Shown here: piece after piece, positions 1 through 14,102 of the stretch | Layout of the letters: each line of letters opens with the position of its first letter | Numbering within the stretch: the stretch's first letter is position 1 | Translations under genes and position numbers: made by a program | Assembly (NCBI GenBank): GCA_964016885.1 | Contig: OZ024742.1 | Location: 355,756,001 to 355,820,000, forward strand | DNA length: 64,000 nucleotides | Direction: 5' to 3' | DNA from: Eledone cirrhosa | Taxonomy: Eukaryota | The notes under the pieces: generated by a model | What the model saw: only the letters and a program-made list of their open reading frames with translations | What the model was told of the DNA's origin: nothing | The model's database searches: none

Positions 1-900
1 CCGCCAATAGATTCAAGCAGCCTCTTTACATGCATACCCATTATTTTCGTTACCGTATAAGAAGGAATATGACGTCACTTTCAGCTTATATATGCAGTCT
101 AAAAGACAACCACACCCAATATAAGTTACACTGGGAGATCCTAGCTGGGGCTAGATCGTATAACGGAAATAAAAGAACTGTGACCTCTGCGCCGCTAGGT
201 CCTTGGAAATACTCTACGCCACAGACCACATCTTAAACAAAAAATCTGATGCAATTTCTGCTTGTAAGCATAAATTGCACAAAACCTTCCTGTATTACAG
301 CCCCACATTATCCCCTAACGGATAGTACGATATATACGCGGATATTTTACGTCTTGATGTGGTAGCTAAGTATATGTTATGTTTATACCATTACTTATTT
401 GCATAGGTAAGTATATATTACCTGTATGTTTCGTGAAGGTACGTATACTTTCTCGTACGTATATTTGATTGTATATGTTATGGCGTATGTTTTATATATT
501 CTGGTACATTTGCTTTTGGTAATGTGTATACGTGAGTTTTGCGTATGTGTGAGTACGCGGGATCGTACGTATGTAGGGTGTGTGTGTACATGTCTACTTC
601 GTGTTTTGGTTGACGTACGTCTCCGAACATTTGTGTATTTACATGTAGGTATGTGTGTGCGCATGTTATATACGTATTTATTTATTTATATACGTTTATT
701 TAATTATTTGTATACACGCACACACACACACACATATTTAAATGTGCGTGTATTTGTATACCTATGGCGAGTGTTTTTACGTATGCTTTTGTATGTACGT
801 ATTTGGATGCCTGTATGTATTTATTTAAATTTAATTACCTCTGTATTTTATTTACTTTATTCTTAACTCTGATGCGGAGAATCATTCGGTTTCATAGTTA
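1..900 (+). mobile_element. 3' fragment of Naiad-type Penelope-like element (GIY-YIG C-terminus plus 3' UTR)
   Basis: Translation TSLSAYICSLKDNHTQYKLHWEIL, then frameshifted NCDLC, matches the endonuclease C-terminus of the copies at 17484-18158 (TSLSSLLWHLK...YSMIWDIV...CDLC) and 48944-49200. A possible decayed hammerhead lies at 864-900 (TAACT CTGATGC ... AGTTA). Confidence 0.75.
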
Positions 901-904
901 GAAT

Positions 905-1310
905 TTTAGTCTACGACTTCAGTTATACCATTTACGTGGTTTTGTCTTTGCGTGCAATTGTTCTCTACGCTCCACATATGACGTATTATATTCGTTTTTT
1001 GCGTTCTTTGCCAGAGAACGTCTCTATGAACCACCTAAGAGAATAATAGTCTACGACTTCTTTTATACAATAAACGTGGTTCTGTCTTTTTCACCGCTCC
1101 AAATAAAGACGTATTATATTCGTTTTTTCCCGTTCTTTGCCAGGGAACGTTTCCACGAACCAAAGTATCGTCTTCCTGTCTACCCCCGGTTGCAACGTTT
1201 TTTGAAATATTCACTACTGCGTTTAAAGATTGACTTTGTTAGTTTCAGAAGATCCCGTTAAGGGTGAAAGCACCGATTCTTTGCTTAAACTTTAATCTGT
1301 TATTTTAATA
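905..1310 (+). repeat. Two ~140-bp tandem units plus a segment homologous to the Helitron at 27351-28061
   Basis: agtctacgacttc...gacgtattatattcgttttt...gttctttgccag occurs twice (~909, ~1048). 1195-1305 is the reverse complement of ~27610-27720. Confidence 0.6.
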
Positions 1311-3416
1311 AATATATATATATATATATATATCAGAAGATATAATGGTTAAATAGTATTATCCGTACATTGCATCATAGTGCAACATATTGGACGAACC
1401 TCGAAAGATTTCACCTTTACAGACAAAAGAATATCGTATAACGGAATGTGTTTTTGTACAAAACCGATTACACTTAATTTCTTTCGTAAAATATATTTTT
1501 AACGCTCTGAACAGTAACTACATCGTTATAATATAACATTAATTGTGCAAAATGTATCTTTATTGAAAATATGTTCTTGGCAACAGAATATTTGTTTCAT
1601 ATAGCAGTTGAAATTCAATTTCCCTTCTACAACGCTATTTGGGAATAAAGTTGAACAAATAGTGTAAAGAAATGAAATTGTTTTCAAATATCTTCAAATT
1701 AAAAAATAGGAGGACGTTAATTGAAATTCAAAGAGCATAGATACCATGTATTGTGAGGGTAAATCAATTAAGTTGGAGGAAATATTTGGAGTAAATTGAA
1801 TTTACATTTTGCAATGTTAAATCGATAGTAGCTTCAACGCAACCTTTGCAAGATACAAATTATATCCCGGCAACAAGTAAAATAGTATTCTTTTATTTGT
1901 AAAGGTGAACTTTACCAGTTTGTTTTTTTAACTATGAAGCAAACATGAAATGACGTATATAACATAGTTGTATCTAAGCAGTCTTAAAAAGCCAGACTTC
2001 AGAAAGGTTAGAGGAATTATAAAGTTTACGTTAACTTGTAACAAAAGAAACTAAAACATAAATGAAGAACCAAACATACATAACGTTCCACTAATCAAAT
2101 TACTAATTTACTTTGCTAAATCAACGAGGATCAGGATAATTATTATCAATAACTAAACTATGAAATAAAATTGTGCAGATTATAATAAATTAATACAATC
2201 ATTAAATGTCTACTGTTGTATTAGACGCTGCCATTCAATTTGGTAATGATATTCAATTATTACGAACATATACATGAAATAAAAAGACTCAAAAGTTAAT
2301 GAGATCAGTTAAATCTAAAATGTTTTGTTATATAGTTTTGTTCTTCCGCAGCAGTATATAAACAAATTTTGAAATTTAAAATAAAGTGACTATTAGAGTT
2401 TGGAATGGTATCCAATATTCAGTATGAGACACTAATAATCCCACTATCACACAAATTGTTTCGTTTGAAGATGGAATCATTTGTTGTGAGAGAAATAATT
2501 GTCTTTTTATTTAATTGATCCAAATACATTACTAGCACAAATGGTTAATACTGCCCCAAAGCGGTTTGGATTCAAAAGACTTAAGAACCAATACAGACGG
2601 TCTAAATCCTGCATTAGATATATAACACTCGCTATGGAATTAGTGCAAACAAAACAAAAACTGAAATAATGTACATATGTCCCGATCATACATTCTTCTA
2701 GTATACTTAGCACCTCTGAACGTTCAGTTTAACTTATTAGATATAACAATGGAATTAATTCGGAACTTATGTCACTAAAAGATTTGTCGTTGATACCTGA
2801 TTGTTCTAGGGTATAATCAATTTATATATGAATTAATGGAGAAAAGACACTTCCTAAGATCATTTAGTGAAATAAATAGCTGATATTATTGCAGCACTGG
2901 ATTACTTAATTTTCAACTGACGAGATGTTGGTGTTCTTAATTTGTTTGGTTCAAACACGTATTTTAATCTATCACTTCGTCTTCAGACTCATCGACACTA
3001 AAGCTTATAACTACAATATTCAGTTCATCGACAATATAACCACGTAGGATTGTGTTTGAAAGCTTTCCATAATATTAGCATGCACACCCGTTTTATTTTT
3101 AATTAAACCACTTTACAAATTGCTTCATATACATTTGTTCTCACCTGCGTTATATATGACATTCCAAGAGATTGTTATTGATGTATCCGTATAAACATTG
3201 TGTTAAAATGTGAAAGGTACAAATGTTATCTTTAATATTCTAAATATTATTTATTGCTATGCTACTATCAATTGTTCTCTGGCGATCATAGTAAATTAAT
3301 GGTTATATACTCCACAATAAATGTAATACATATCTCATTGCTATATCGAGTAGTTTAACGATAGATATAAGAACATAAAGCGGCGTTTCAGCACTGCAGT
3401 AACAATTTTCACCCTG

Positions 3417-3539
3417 GAGAAGAAGAAGAAGAAGAAGAAGAAGAAGAAGAAGAAGAAGAAGAAGAAGAAGAAGAAGAAGAAGAAGAAGAAGAAGAAGAAG
3501 AAGAAGAAGACAGACAACAACAACAACAACAACAACAAC
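3417..3539. repeat. (GAA)n followed by (CAA)n microsatellite
   Basis: Directly visible. Confidence 0.97.
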
Positions 3540-4014
3540 GTCGGGAAAGGAAAAGATAAAACAAGAGCCTTCCCATTTCTTCCTTTTTAAAATATAGGAC
3601 GTAAGTGGGGTAGAAAACAAAAAGAAAACTAATATGTATTAAGAATATAATAAATGCCGTAGTTTGACATTTATTGAATCAGAGAAAAACGTTTGCTGTA
3701 CATTTCGAACCAATTATCACCAATACACTATTATTGAATTTGAGAAAGTCATGAATATGACAGGATCTCATTTCCATTACCATAATGTACTTGTAGATTA
3801 GATATAAATAATAACATTTCTTCACGTAGACTACCAGTGGTGTCATTAGATTTCACATCATACAGTATCATTGTTGTCATACCTCGTTTAAAGTTCATAT
3901 ACGTCAAATATATGGGAATAAAAAAAGTATAGAATGTTTCTTCATATCTATATTTTCTTATGCGATACTTATATAAGTATAAAACCAATTTATTATTACT
4001 GTTACAGTAATAGA

Positions 4015-4180
4015 AGTGGTGGATTGGCAGTATCGGTAGAGGGTCGGACACCATGCTTTGACAAATAGAGTTACGGCCCTTCCATTCTGAGATCAAATCC
4101 TGCCGAGGTTAATTTTGACTTTCATCCTTACGGACTGGTTAATTGCTGGCCTTGCACCAAAAGTAGAAACAATTATTACT
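4015..4180 (+). mobile_element. tRNA-derived SINE, family A (Meta/MESC-like core), internally deleted
   Basis: Head GGATTGGCAGTATCGGTAGAG...GATCAAATCC and core GCCGAGGTTAA...TTTCATCCTTACGG. Flanking direct repeat ttattactgttaca (TSD). Confidence 0.8.
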
Positions 4181-5218
4181 GTTACACAGTCGTAAAATGG
4201 TATTTTATTAAATATGAGATTAGCAATTTTATTATATGTAATCAGGGAAAATCAAGGAATCTAGGGCCACAGAAGAACAGGATGGGAAAGGGGAAAAGTG
4301 ATTGGTTCTCGTCCTAGGGCGTGGTGGTATTGGGGCTGTGCCTTCTGGACAAGACTGCAAAATAATTTCTACCACCACACCCCGCGCGGCTCCTTTCTCA
4401 GACGGGCTGCTAACGTTCTGAACTTGTGGAGGAGCTCGGCTGTACGGGGTCTGTGTACGCTTGAGGTCCTGACGATGCCCTGCGCTATTATTTCTCTACT
4501 TATTCATTGCTATATTCCTCTCTAAATCTCAATATGCAAATCATTAGACGTCAGTTATGTCCAGTATTGAAGCATTGATCGCTTACCTCACTGATGCCAA
4601 CATTGTCAAAATTATTCGGCTTTTGTTTTATAATCCTTTCTCCTTTCAGAACGCATCGCACATTTAAGATCATATGAATGCTATTTCATTAAGATTAACG
4701 AGAGCGGTTTGCTGTTAGAATAGAACTCACAGCTGCTACTTCAACAAGGAATTATCGCTTATATTATAGAATCGAAAGAATAGCAATCAATCACTTCTTA
4801 TTGTATATATTTTGGGAGTTATTGTTTTCTTCATTTCTTCTTGTGTTTCTCCTTTTATCTCTCTTTTCTCCCTTTTAGTACGCTGTTAAATGAATTTAAT
4901 TTTAACTAAAAGCTTTTATCATGTTTGATTCTTCAGTTTATAGATAAGGAATCTAAGTGAATATTTTTTAATACTTGCATTTGTCGTTGAAATAAATTGG
5001 ATGAGAATTCAAATTCAGGGTCGATGGAAGGGTTTTGGGACAAAATGAAACCTCTCAACATGACTTAAATCAATAACCTGATCATTCGAAAGGATTTCCC
5101 CTTCAGAAATGTACAGATTACATGCATTTTCAAACACATGCACAGTTAATGATAAATGAAATGGACGAATGGTGTTATTGACTTTGGGGCTTTTGTCATT
5201 TATATATGCGTATATATA

Positions 5219-5311
<93 letters not shown>

Positions 5312-5939
5312 GGCATTAAATAATTCTAGTTATTCCTTAAAACGGAGACTATTATCTATATTAATGCGAGGAATGTGAGGGTCTGTATTTAAAATAAAAA
5401 CATTTTTAGACCGGTTTCATTCAATTTGGTTTCAAATCCTGCAGTATTTGACTGAAACCTTTATCTTGCCAGTATATGTTGTTATACGTCGGACGAAATA
5501 ATCTTAACTTTATGTCATTTTCATAAACAGATATCTAAATTATATAGTGTGTACGGTGAGAGTTCGTTTTAGACTTGATGGGGGGGGGGTCTTCAGATTT
5601 GTGGGGCCCTTGATATACAAAGAAATTAGAATACAAGACAAACCCCTCAATTTTACATATCAAAGTTAAATTGGAGCAAGTAATTGGAATTGAAAAGTTA
5701 TACATGCAGATATTAAATCAAAAGAATCTAACCATCCTAAAATTAAAACGCCTAACTGACGGCACAAATAAATTGGTTCGGCCAGGGGCCCCAGGGCAAT
5801 TGCCCCCCTTTGGCCCTCCATTAAAATCGGCCCTACATACGGATGTAAAATGGCAAAAGTACTTTTGAATTCACCGTTATAATTATTATATAAATATTTC
5901 TTAACACAATGCATCCCTTAATGTCACTGATATATATAT

Positions 5940-6225
5940 ATGGGGTAGTTGGAGCGCCCTCCTGACATAGAGTGTAGATGTACGGGGTTGTAGGAGCGCC
6001 CTCGTGACATAAAGTGTAGATGTATGGAGTTGTAGGAGCACTGACGTGACATAGAGTGTAGATGTACGGGGTTCTAGGAGCACTGACGTGACATAGAGTG
6101 TAGATGTATGGGGTCGTTGGAGCACCGTCGTGAGATACGAGTGTAAACGTATGGAGTTGTAGAAGCGCCCTCATCACATAGAGGGTAGATGTATGGGGTT
6201 GTAGGAGACCCTCATCACATAAAGT
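5940..6225. repeat. 39-bp minisatellite, ~7 units
   Basis: Unit ~ggggttgtaggagcgccctcgtgacatagagtgtagatgta; it produces the repeated GAPTTPYIYTLCHE in the ORF track. Confidence 0.9.
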
Positions 6226-6313
6226 GCATTTGGAGACTTCAATCCTGGCGGAGACCATCCACTCTCCAAGTCGGAACACAGTTGATTTCCCCCTGAGGAT
6301 GGGAGAGAGAGGG

Positions 6314-6364
<51 letters not shown>

Positions 6365-6726
6365 GAAGGTAGGATGTGAGAAAAAGATATGGAGGAAAAA
6401 TCGATCTCAGTAGAGAATTGATATATTATTATTGATTTTAAAATGATGCAAATTCCCATTTATCTCGGTGAGATTTGAAATCAGAGAGTTGAGAGAGGCA
6501 GGACAAATGCCGCTCATAATTCTATTCAATTCCCCGCACATAGAGAATATATCATTTACATCCAATTAATAACACATGATTTAGTCCCTCTACTTCCCAT
6601 CTCGCGGCTACAGGATCATATATTCGGGATTCTGGTTTTAGTGAGATTTTCACTGGATATTTCGCAAGAGTTATTTCATGCTTGATTGCAATGATATTAT
6701 TAATTCAGAAGTTAGTGTAAATGTAA

Positions 6727-6783
<57 letters not shown>

Positions 6784-7847
6784 ATGCGCCTATGTGTGTG
6801 TTTGTGTTTTCATGTGTACGTACGTACACGTGTGGATGTATGTGTGTGCTGGAAACTTTACTTCAACTTTGTTTTCTCTTTATGGATGCATGTGGATGTG
6901 GATGTATAAGTGTGTGTGCTTGTATTTGTGTCGCTGAAAGTACTTTTGTCTTCAATATTTCTAATTTAAACATGGTTTACAACGTGAAACAAATGCGTAG
7001 CTGCCAGCCAAGTGATTAGAAACGTTCCTTGCATCACGGCATTTCCTTCAATTATGCCGTCAATACCCGTAGAAGGGGCAGGGTCATCACAAATACACTA
7101 TCTTCAAAATATAGGAATTTGGTGCACGCTAGGAAATCAAATAAAAATACTATCCTCCTTATGTTTGGTTTCACCTCGAGTTAAATGCGCTCTGAAAATA
7201 ATTGCAGGTTTATTTCTAGTTTCATTTAAATTAGTTAAATGGAATAGCTACAAAAGTGTTTCAACTTCCTTGAAATGTTTCGATATTTCTAGAAGAATAC
7301 ACACAGTCTGATCAAATAAGTTTTATTTAATCTGAAGTAATGATTATTTTATTTTGTTACATTCAACTTTTTAAGAGAGATTTAGAATAGGTGATGGAAA
7401 TCTGTGATTTTGTTTCGATCTAAAATTTGGTTGAAAATATTTAACGGGCGGCCCATGCGTGGGCTTCAATTTGCTGAAGTATTTTGTAGAGTTTAATGTT
7501 AAGTGTTCCATTAACTTATTATTCACAAAGTTGAATTATGTGGTGAATGTTGTGATTGTGGTTATTAATACAACATGTCAGGTTACTCTTATTTGTATAA
7601 TGCTCTGGAAAACCAATGGACATCTCCGAATGTACAGTCATTTCCGAAAAAAGTGTGATCGATTACCTAAATAATACTCCATAATTTAGGAAAATGCCGG
7701 CAATATTTGGAGTGGAGAATGTCGGGAAAAGCTACCCTTTACTTGACAGGTACAATATTTTATCGACCAGAATGCTGGAAGGCTACTTTGCACAAGGATC
7801 GGATTTCTATCCATTCTGCCAATCCACTTCTGAAATCAAATGATTAA

Positions 7848-8031
7848 GTGTTTCTACTTTAGGCACAAGGCCAGCAATTACCCAGTGCATTACTGGTACT
7901 TTATTTTATCGACCCCGTAAGGATGAAAGGCAAAGTTAACCTCGGCGGGATTTGAACTCAGAATGGCAAGGGCCGTAACTCTATGCACCAAAGCATGGCG
8001 TCCGATCCTCTACCGATACTGCCAATCCACC
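7848..8031 (-). mobile_element. SINE family A, full length
   Basis: Reverse complement of the family A consensus. TSD tgaaatcaaatgattaa at ~7831 and ~8032. Confidence 0.88.
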
Positions 8032-8430
8032 TGAAATCAAATGATTAATGTTAACTAATTACATGACATTTACAAATATATGCAATCAATTGTGATGAGA
8101 TTTACGAAGTGCACCACACATCAGTGATAAGGAGTGTAATAAAAGAATATTGTAACGAAATGTGCCGCGAAACTAACTTTTCTGGTAATTATTTGATGGA
8201 ACACCTTTTGTTGAAACGCTATGTTACACAATGATATTGTTAATACAGACACAGATACAAAACAACACACGTATGTACATTAACATGTATATATATGTTT
8301 ACACTGTAACGGCAGCAAGGAAACTGGTGTGATTAAGCTTAAACTTCAATCACGTTACCACAATAGTACCAAACGTAACCACGCATGGGCAGTGTGATAA
8401 ATCTAAATATATGTTGTTGTGAAAGTGTAG

Positions 8431-8510
<80 letters not shown>

Positions 8511-8540
8511 TGCATATGTATATATACATATGTAATAATA

Positions 8541-8866
8541 TAGGATAGAAAACGAAAAATCAGTGATGCATCTGAACTCAATTTATTGTGTGTTACAATT
8601 GTTTTACCGGCGGACAGCTCCAGACGCGATCATTGTGTGGATCTGTCTGATTCTGGACCCGCAGGTTCGACCGACACGTCTACAGACAGATCCACACAAT
8701 GATCGCGTCTCGAGCTGTCCGCCGGCGAAACAATTTTAACACACAATAAATTGAGTCCAGATGCATCACTGATTTTTCGTTTTCTATCCTAACATAATCT
8801 GCTCTGTAACAGCATAGAGTGCTCAACCGGCATACCGCCTATAGAAGCATCTTAGCTACCATCAGA
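8541..8866 (+). mobile_element. Short fold-back PLE insertion (inverted arms 8541-8650 / 8682-8791 plus tail)
   Basis: ~110-bp inverted repeat; 3' half of a hammerhead (GAAA CAATTG TA in the left arm); bulged hairpin 8801-8820; flanked by direct repeat acatatgtaataatata. Confidence 0.75.
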
Positions 8867-9185
8867 CACATATGTAATAATATATATATATATATATATA
8901 TGAATGTATGTAGAGTATATTTGGCAATATACTGTATTTTTAATTAAAAACACCAATACAAACATATATATATATATGTATATGTGGCTAGAATTCCTTT
9001 CAGAATTCATTGACCTGCGCATGTATTGTTTTTTGGCGGTAGTCTCCTTCCTCCTATTTTCGAGACAGTGTGAGATTTTCTTTAGAACTGCCGGGCTAAC
9101 AACCTAGCAGCTCCCTCAAGAACTGATGGTGATTATCGCTAAATATTGATGTTGATTTGGTTATCAATATTAATATTATTGGGCA

Positions 9186-9308
9186 CCCACTGAAGAATTA
9201 TAAGAGCCCACTTGAATAACTTTATGTTGATCTTATACAAGTTTCTACATACATTTCTATAATTTCACCCAACTTGTAGAAATCTTAGAGTGAAACGAGT
9301 CGTCTGAG
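9186..9308 (+). ncRNA. Type I hammerhead ribozyme with ~95-nt stem II, in a PLE terminal remnant (~8985-9475)
   Basis: CCCA-CTGAAGA-ATTATAAGA...TCTTAGAGT-GAAA-CGAGTCG-TC-TGAG; one stem I mismatch. Confidence 0.65.
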
Positions 9309-9562
9309 AAGTGATATATTTGATATATCTCATATTAAATGATACAGCCAATTTTCAGCACAATACAATTAGTTAGCACCCGAACGTTTAATTAGGAATA
9401 TACTCAGGTATTTCCTAATGTTTGTTGAGTGAGTTGGAATTTGGCCGGAGTATCGCTATTAGCTTTCTCCGATTATGTATATATATATATAAGTAGGAAA
9501 AGCTTGCTCAACGTGCCATGTAGTTGGACTGAAGCCGAAAAGATGTTGACTCTAGCAGCATT

Positions 9563-9830
9563 ACCATCACCACCACCAACACCAACACCACCACCACCAC
9601 CACCACATCCACTATCACTAACACCACATCCACCACCAACAATACCACCACCAACACCACATCCACCAACACCAATACAACCACCACGACATCCACCACC
9701 ACCACCACCAACACCACCACCAACAAAACATCCACCACCAACAACACCACATCCACCAACACCAATACCACCACCACCACATCTACCATCCCCACATCCA
9801 CCACCACCACATCCACCAACACCACCACTA
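9563..9830. repeat. Degenerate (CCA)n repeat
   Basis: Directly visible; source of the Pro-rich ORF. Confidence 0.9.
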
Positions 9831-10800
9831 TCTCTGTTAGCATGTTCAATCTTTACACAAATTCGGTGTTTTTATTAATAGTGAAAGTGTTCTCTAAAGC
9901 GTTAGGCCTACTTTTACGTTATTCTGGTTTGTATTTGAATATTTTCTGAATAAACAGTGTTTATCAGTCGAATGGATTTCAGTTTAGAACTGATGCTCAT
10001 CTCTGCATATGAAATTAGCGTTTAATCATAATAAACCACAGCGGAAACCTCTTCAGAGAGAACATTTAAATCTCTACTTAATTGTACTTGTTAGCAGAAT
10101 TAACCCCAGTAGAAAGATAACTATTCCGAGTGTTTCACTCGTATTACGATACCAATATTACGATTATGAGATGTCTGATGAAAATATCTTGCAAAATGTA
10201 GATGATGCTATCAGTGACATAACTACAAATTATTATGGTTGCAGTAGTGGTTAAACCGTTTATAGTGTTGTAGTTTTACACTACATTTTAAATAAGAATA
10301 TGTTGATGACATAAGCAAAAAAATAAAGAACTGCTTTGCCTCAGTGTATTTGTGTGTCTGTGAAACCAGGTCAGAACACAAAGGAACCAAACTCTCACTG
10401 TCACTGCCGACGTCACTCCTCTCCCCAGCCCTCGCTATTATGAATAAGTGGGAGCCCTCGTGCTGGCCGCCTTGCGACCCCAGCGGACAGAATAGAAAAA
10501 GCGTTTTCCCAGAGAATGGCGAGGGAGACGCGCTGGAAGAGCCATTCCAGCAATGTCAAGTGGAATTATCCAATACCATTCTTTAGTATCGATGTGCTTA
10601 TGCACTCTGCTCATTTCTGTCACTCATACACAAATGGAAACACGTATTATAACTATGGATATTCCACTAAATTTCAAAGACATATTTATTGATTTAATTG
10701 AAATCATAACATGGAAGAAATTTCCTTTGCAAATAATGCGTGAAAGGGAATGTTTCCATGAAATATATGTTACCATGAAGGGCTTAATATCCACATTATT

Positions 10801-10993
10801 AGCGGTGGATTGGCAGTATCGATAGAGAGTCGGACGCCATGCTTTCCAGCATAGTTACGACTCTTTACGCTCTGAGTTCAAATCCCGCCGATGTTCACTT
10901 TGCCTTTCATCCTTACGGGGTCGATAAAATAAAGTACCAGTAATGTACTGGGTAATTGCTGGCCTTGTGCCAAAAAAATAGAAACAATTATTA
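10801..10993 (+). mobile_element. SINE family A
   Basis: A box/B box head (GAGTTCAAATCC) and core TTTGCCTTTCATCCTTACGGGGTCGATAAAATAAAGTACCAG. Confidence 0.88.
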
Positions 10994-11259
10994 GTAAGAC
11001 TATAACACTTTTTACATTTACAATATATAACATTAGAAATTGTTCAGAACTCGTTCATAATGCAAATATAAACAGAAATATGAACCCATATAAATACAAT
11101 TAACTATTTAACCTTACAAAATATACGAACAGGGAGAGATAAAGAAAAAGGGGAAACAAAATCAAAAACGACCATAAATTCACCACCAAATGCGACAATT
11201 GGCCGTACATCCCAAATATCAACGAAATAGTTTCTAATTTTTCCACATTTACTATGGGC

Positions 11260-11563
11260 TGCGCCGGATTTAATGGGGGTAAAAGTGGACAATTTCTTCG
11301 GGCCCGCTGTAGTGGGGGACATCATCAGCGATATTCTTAGCATTTTGTTTGTGCCCTCTGCTGGGAGGGAATTCTTTTAGTTTGAGGATCCTTAGAAATT
11401 TTGAATTTATTATAAGAATATGTAACTTTTTAATTCCAATTATTTTCGCCGAGTTTAGTTTTATCTGTAAAATTAGGGAGTTGCTCTGTATTATAATTGT
11501 TTGTGTATGAGGGGCCCCCAAACCTGAAGTGCCAGGGTCCGCTAAGGTCTCAATCCAACCCTT
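11260..11563. mobile_element. Possible degenerate non-autonomous DNA transposon (MITE-like)
   Basis: Ends GCCGGATT...AATCCAACCC with internal GGGCCC motifs; similar remnant at ~5580-5835; tatgggctg on both flanks. Confidence 0.35.
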
Positions 11564-12118
11564 AATATGGGCTGTTTATCCAAATATTCTTTAGTACACA
11601 TGCTATTTCAACTTTCTGATTGCTAGTTTAGGCATATACCATTTGCAAGTGTAAAAAACATATCTGTTTTTACTAATTTCAAAACAGATATGGATATTTT
11701 TATGTGATTATTTAAAAATAATAATGTCTGGATCAAGTTAAGTCAATAATTTATATAAAAAATAATATTACACAGGAAAAAAGGTTTCCAGTCTTGTTCA
11801 CGTTTTGAATAGAGGAACTTGGGAAATATCAAGAAAGGAACAACGTATAGTTCTCGTTTTATCTACATTACTAAACATAGAATATTGTTCATCGTTCAAA
11901 ATATAAACTTATGAGAATCGTTGGCGCCTTTTTTCCCCCTCAGTGTTGGTATTTTCATTGACTCGAAATAGGGGAGGGAAGAAGAAACAGGAATCGACTG
12001 GAATAGAGAGCTGACAGAGAGAATAATATAGTGTTGCAAAGTTAAGAACTTCACACGTATATTCATTTGTGTTACATAAATATATCGTACGTATACTCAA
12101 TGTATGTATATATCACCA

Positions 12119-12193
<75 letters not shown>

Positions 12194-12316
12194 GCACTAT
12201 CTCTCTCTTTCTCTCGCTCCCTTTCTCTTTCTCTCTATTTCTCTTTTTATATATAAACATATACATACACATACAGATACTTATACATATGTATATATAT
12301 ATATATATATATATAT

Positions 12317-12562
12317 CACATAAATCTGCTTCGTAGAATTAATATTGAGGATCTTGCGATTTTCAGGGTCAGGTTCGATCATCACTTCGACCGTACTTCG
12401 AGCTGGTCGCCAGTGAAACGATTGTAATATGTCAAATAAATTCCATTCGTCGCAACAGTGATTCTCTTTTGTTTTTTTTGTGATATCATACTCTGCTCTT
12501 TGAGAGCATCGAGTGCTCAAACGGCCTACCGATTACGGACTCTTTAAGCATCCAACACCAAT
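12317..12562 (+). mobile_element. 5'-truncated PLE terminal remnant (related to the 8541 element)
   Basis: Half hammerhead GAAA-CGATTG-TA at ~12415; bulged hairpin 12490-12514; (TA)n on both sides. Confidence 0.65.
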
Positions 12563-12570
12563 TATATATA

Positions 12571-12667
<97 letters not shown>

Positions 12668-12714
12668 AAGGAAAAGCGAAGTAGTTTCAGATGTTCAATT
12701 CCTTTAATAATAAT

Positions 12715-12788
12715 GCTGTGATATATATTTCAGTGACGACACTGGCCACACTGTTCTGTGTACGAGTGTTATGTCATCATCAGACAGC
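12715..12788 (-). ncRNA. Type I hammerhead ribozyme
   Basis: Minus strand: GCTGT-CTGATGA-TGAC..ACACT...AGTGT.GTCA-CT-GAAA-TATATA-TC-ACAGC. Perfect 5-bp stem I and palindromic stem III. Confidence 0.85.
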
Positions 12789-14028
12789 TTGTTACATAAT
12801 AAGGTTATGTTTCCGAGGCAATCCAAATTGGATCGACATGGGAACGGATGAATTGGGTGTTTTGGGTTTTTCATCCGCTCCGTTGTGAGTACCAATTCAC
12901 TCCACTGGCCTGCGCAAGCGCATGTCCGACCGAAGGAAGTTGACCATTAGCCACCGCAGATTTCAACGAAATTCGCTTAGTCAGTTGACCCTCTCAGCCA
13001 AAACAATGGCCCACCAATGCCTGTACCATATTTTACTGCTACCCATCACGGCTGTGGAAGTCAGCCGAGAGCCAGAGGAGATGGGAGAGTGTTAGTTTTT
13101 ACAGGTCATAATACTACCCCTCACTAAGCGTTGACGGTACGACTGACCATCACCTTATAAGGGAAAATAAACTTAATTCTAGGTATCATGGTTTTACGTT
13201 GGAAGTTAAGAGTGAGAGTTGGAAATAAAAATTAAAATCCTAAATCAAATATCAGAAATTATAAATTAAACAATTAAGAACTTAACAATTAGAAATTAAA
13301 TAATTAAAAAAAATTCTTTTCAGGTGATAATTCGGATTGAAGTGAGTAAAAATATAGACTGAAGTGAGTAAATAATATGGAGAGAGATGTTTAAGTAATA
13401 TGTTCTGAGAGGGATTCTAGTGTCACAGTTACTCTATCCACATATTGAACGACATTGCCGTACATTATAACTGAGGGCAAACTACAGGGCTCTAGGCATT
13501 AGTCAATCTGGTACACAGTCATAATTTCCATCACATGGAACAAAATCAAAGAAAAACAGACATAAAGTACACAAAAGAAAAGAACAGAACCAATAGTGAA
13601 TAAATGCAAAAACACAGAGTACATATATGCAAAATGATCCATATGATTGTCCATATGTCCATGTATAGATTGAATTGAGGGGGCTTCTGTTCAAATAGGA
13701 TTTGGTGCAGGAAAATAGGGGTTTATCCTATTATTTGTTTCCGCGTATTTATCCTGCCGAAAATTACTATTATGTCCGTCCAGTGTAAAGGGTTTCCATC
13801 CCCATGGTAGAGGGAATTTCCGGGGTAGCTTATGGTTGGTTCCTCTCATCTCCACCATATCGGTTACATCGTAAAGCGCTAAACTAATTAGAGCTAAATT
13901 ATTAGGGTAAACATTGATGCAATTCATTTCAAGCACTCAACGTACTTTTTCCACATAGGAGTGACGGAGTAAATATCGAATAAGGAAAAGCGAAGTAGTT
14001 TCAGATGTTCAATTCCTTTAATAATAAT

Positions 14029-14102
14029 GCTGTGATATATATTTCAGTGATGACACTGGCCACACTGTTCTGTGTGCGAGTGTCGTGTCATCATCAGACA
14101 GC
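14029..14102 (-). ncRNA. Type I hammerhead ribozyme (second unit)
   Basis: Same core and stems as 12715-12788. Confidence 0.85.

Noticed and set aside
4015-4110. tRNA genes at SINE heads
   Set aside because: A/B boxes only, followed by SINE core; no cloverleaf.
5940-6225. Regular repeats resembling a CRISPR array
   Set aside because: Contiguous 39-bp units without unique spacers, eukaryotic context, no cas genes.
9429-9878. Proline-rich extensin-like ORF
   Set aside because: Produced by a degenerate (CCA)n repeat; no other gene evidence.
10344-10623. GC-richer segment as a host exon (also 4298-4525 and 28117-28360)
   Set aside because: No recognisable domain or splice structure; may be old LINE fragments.
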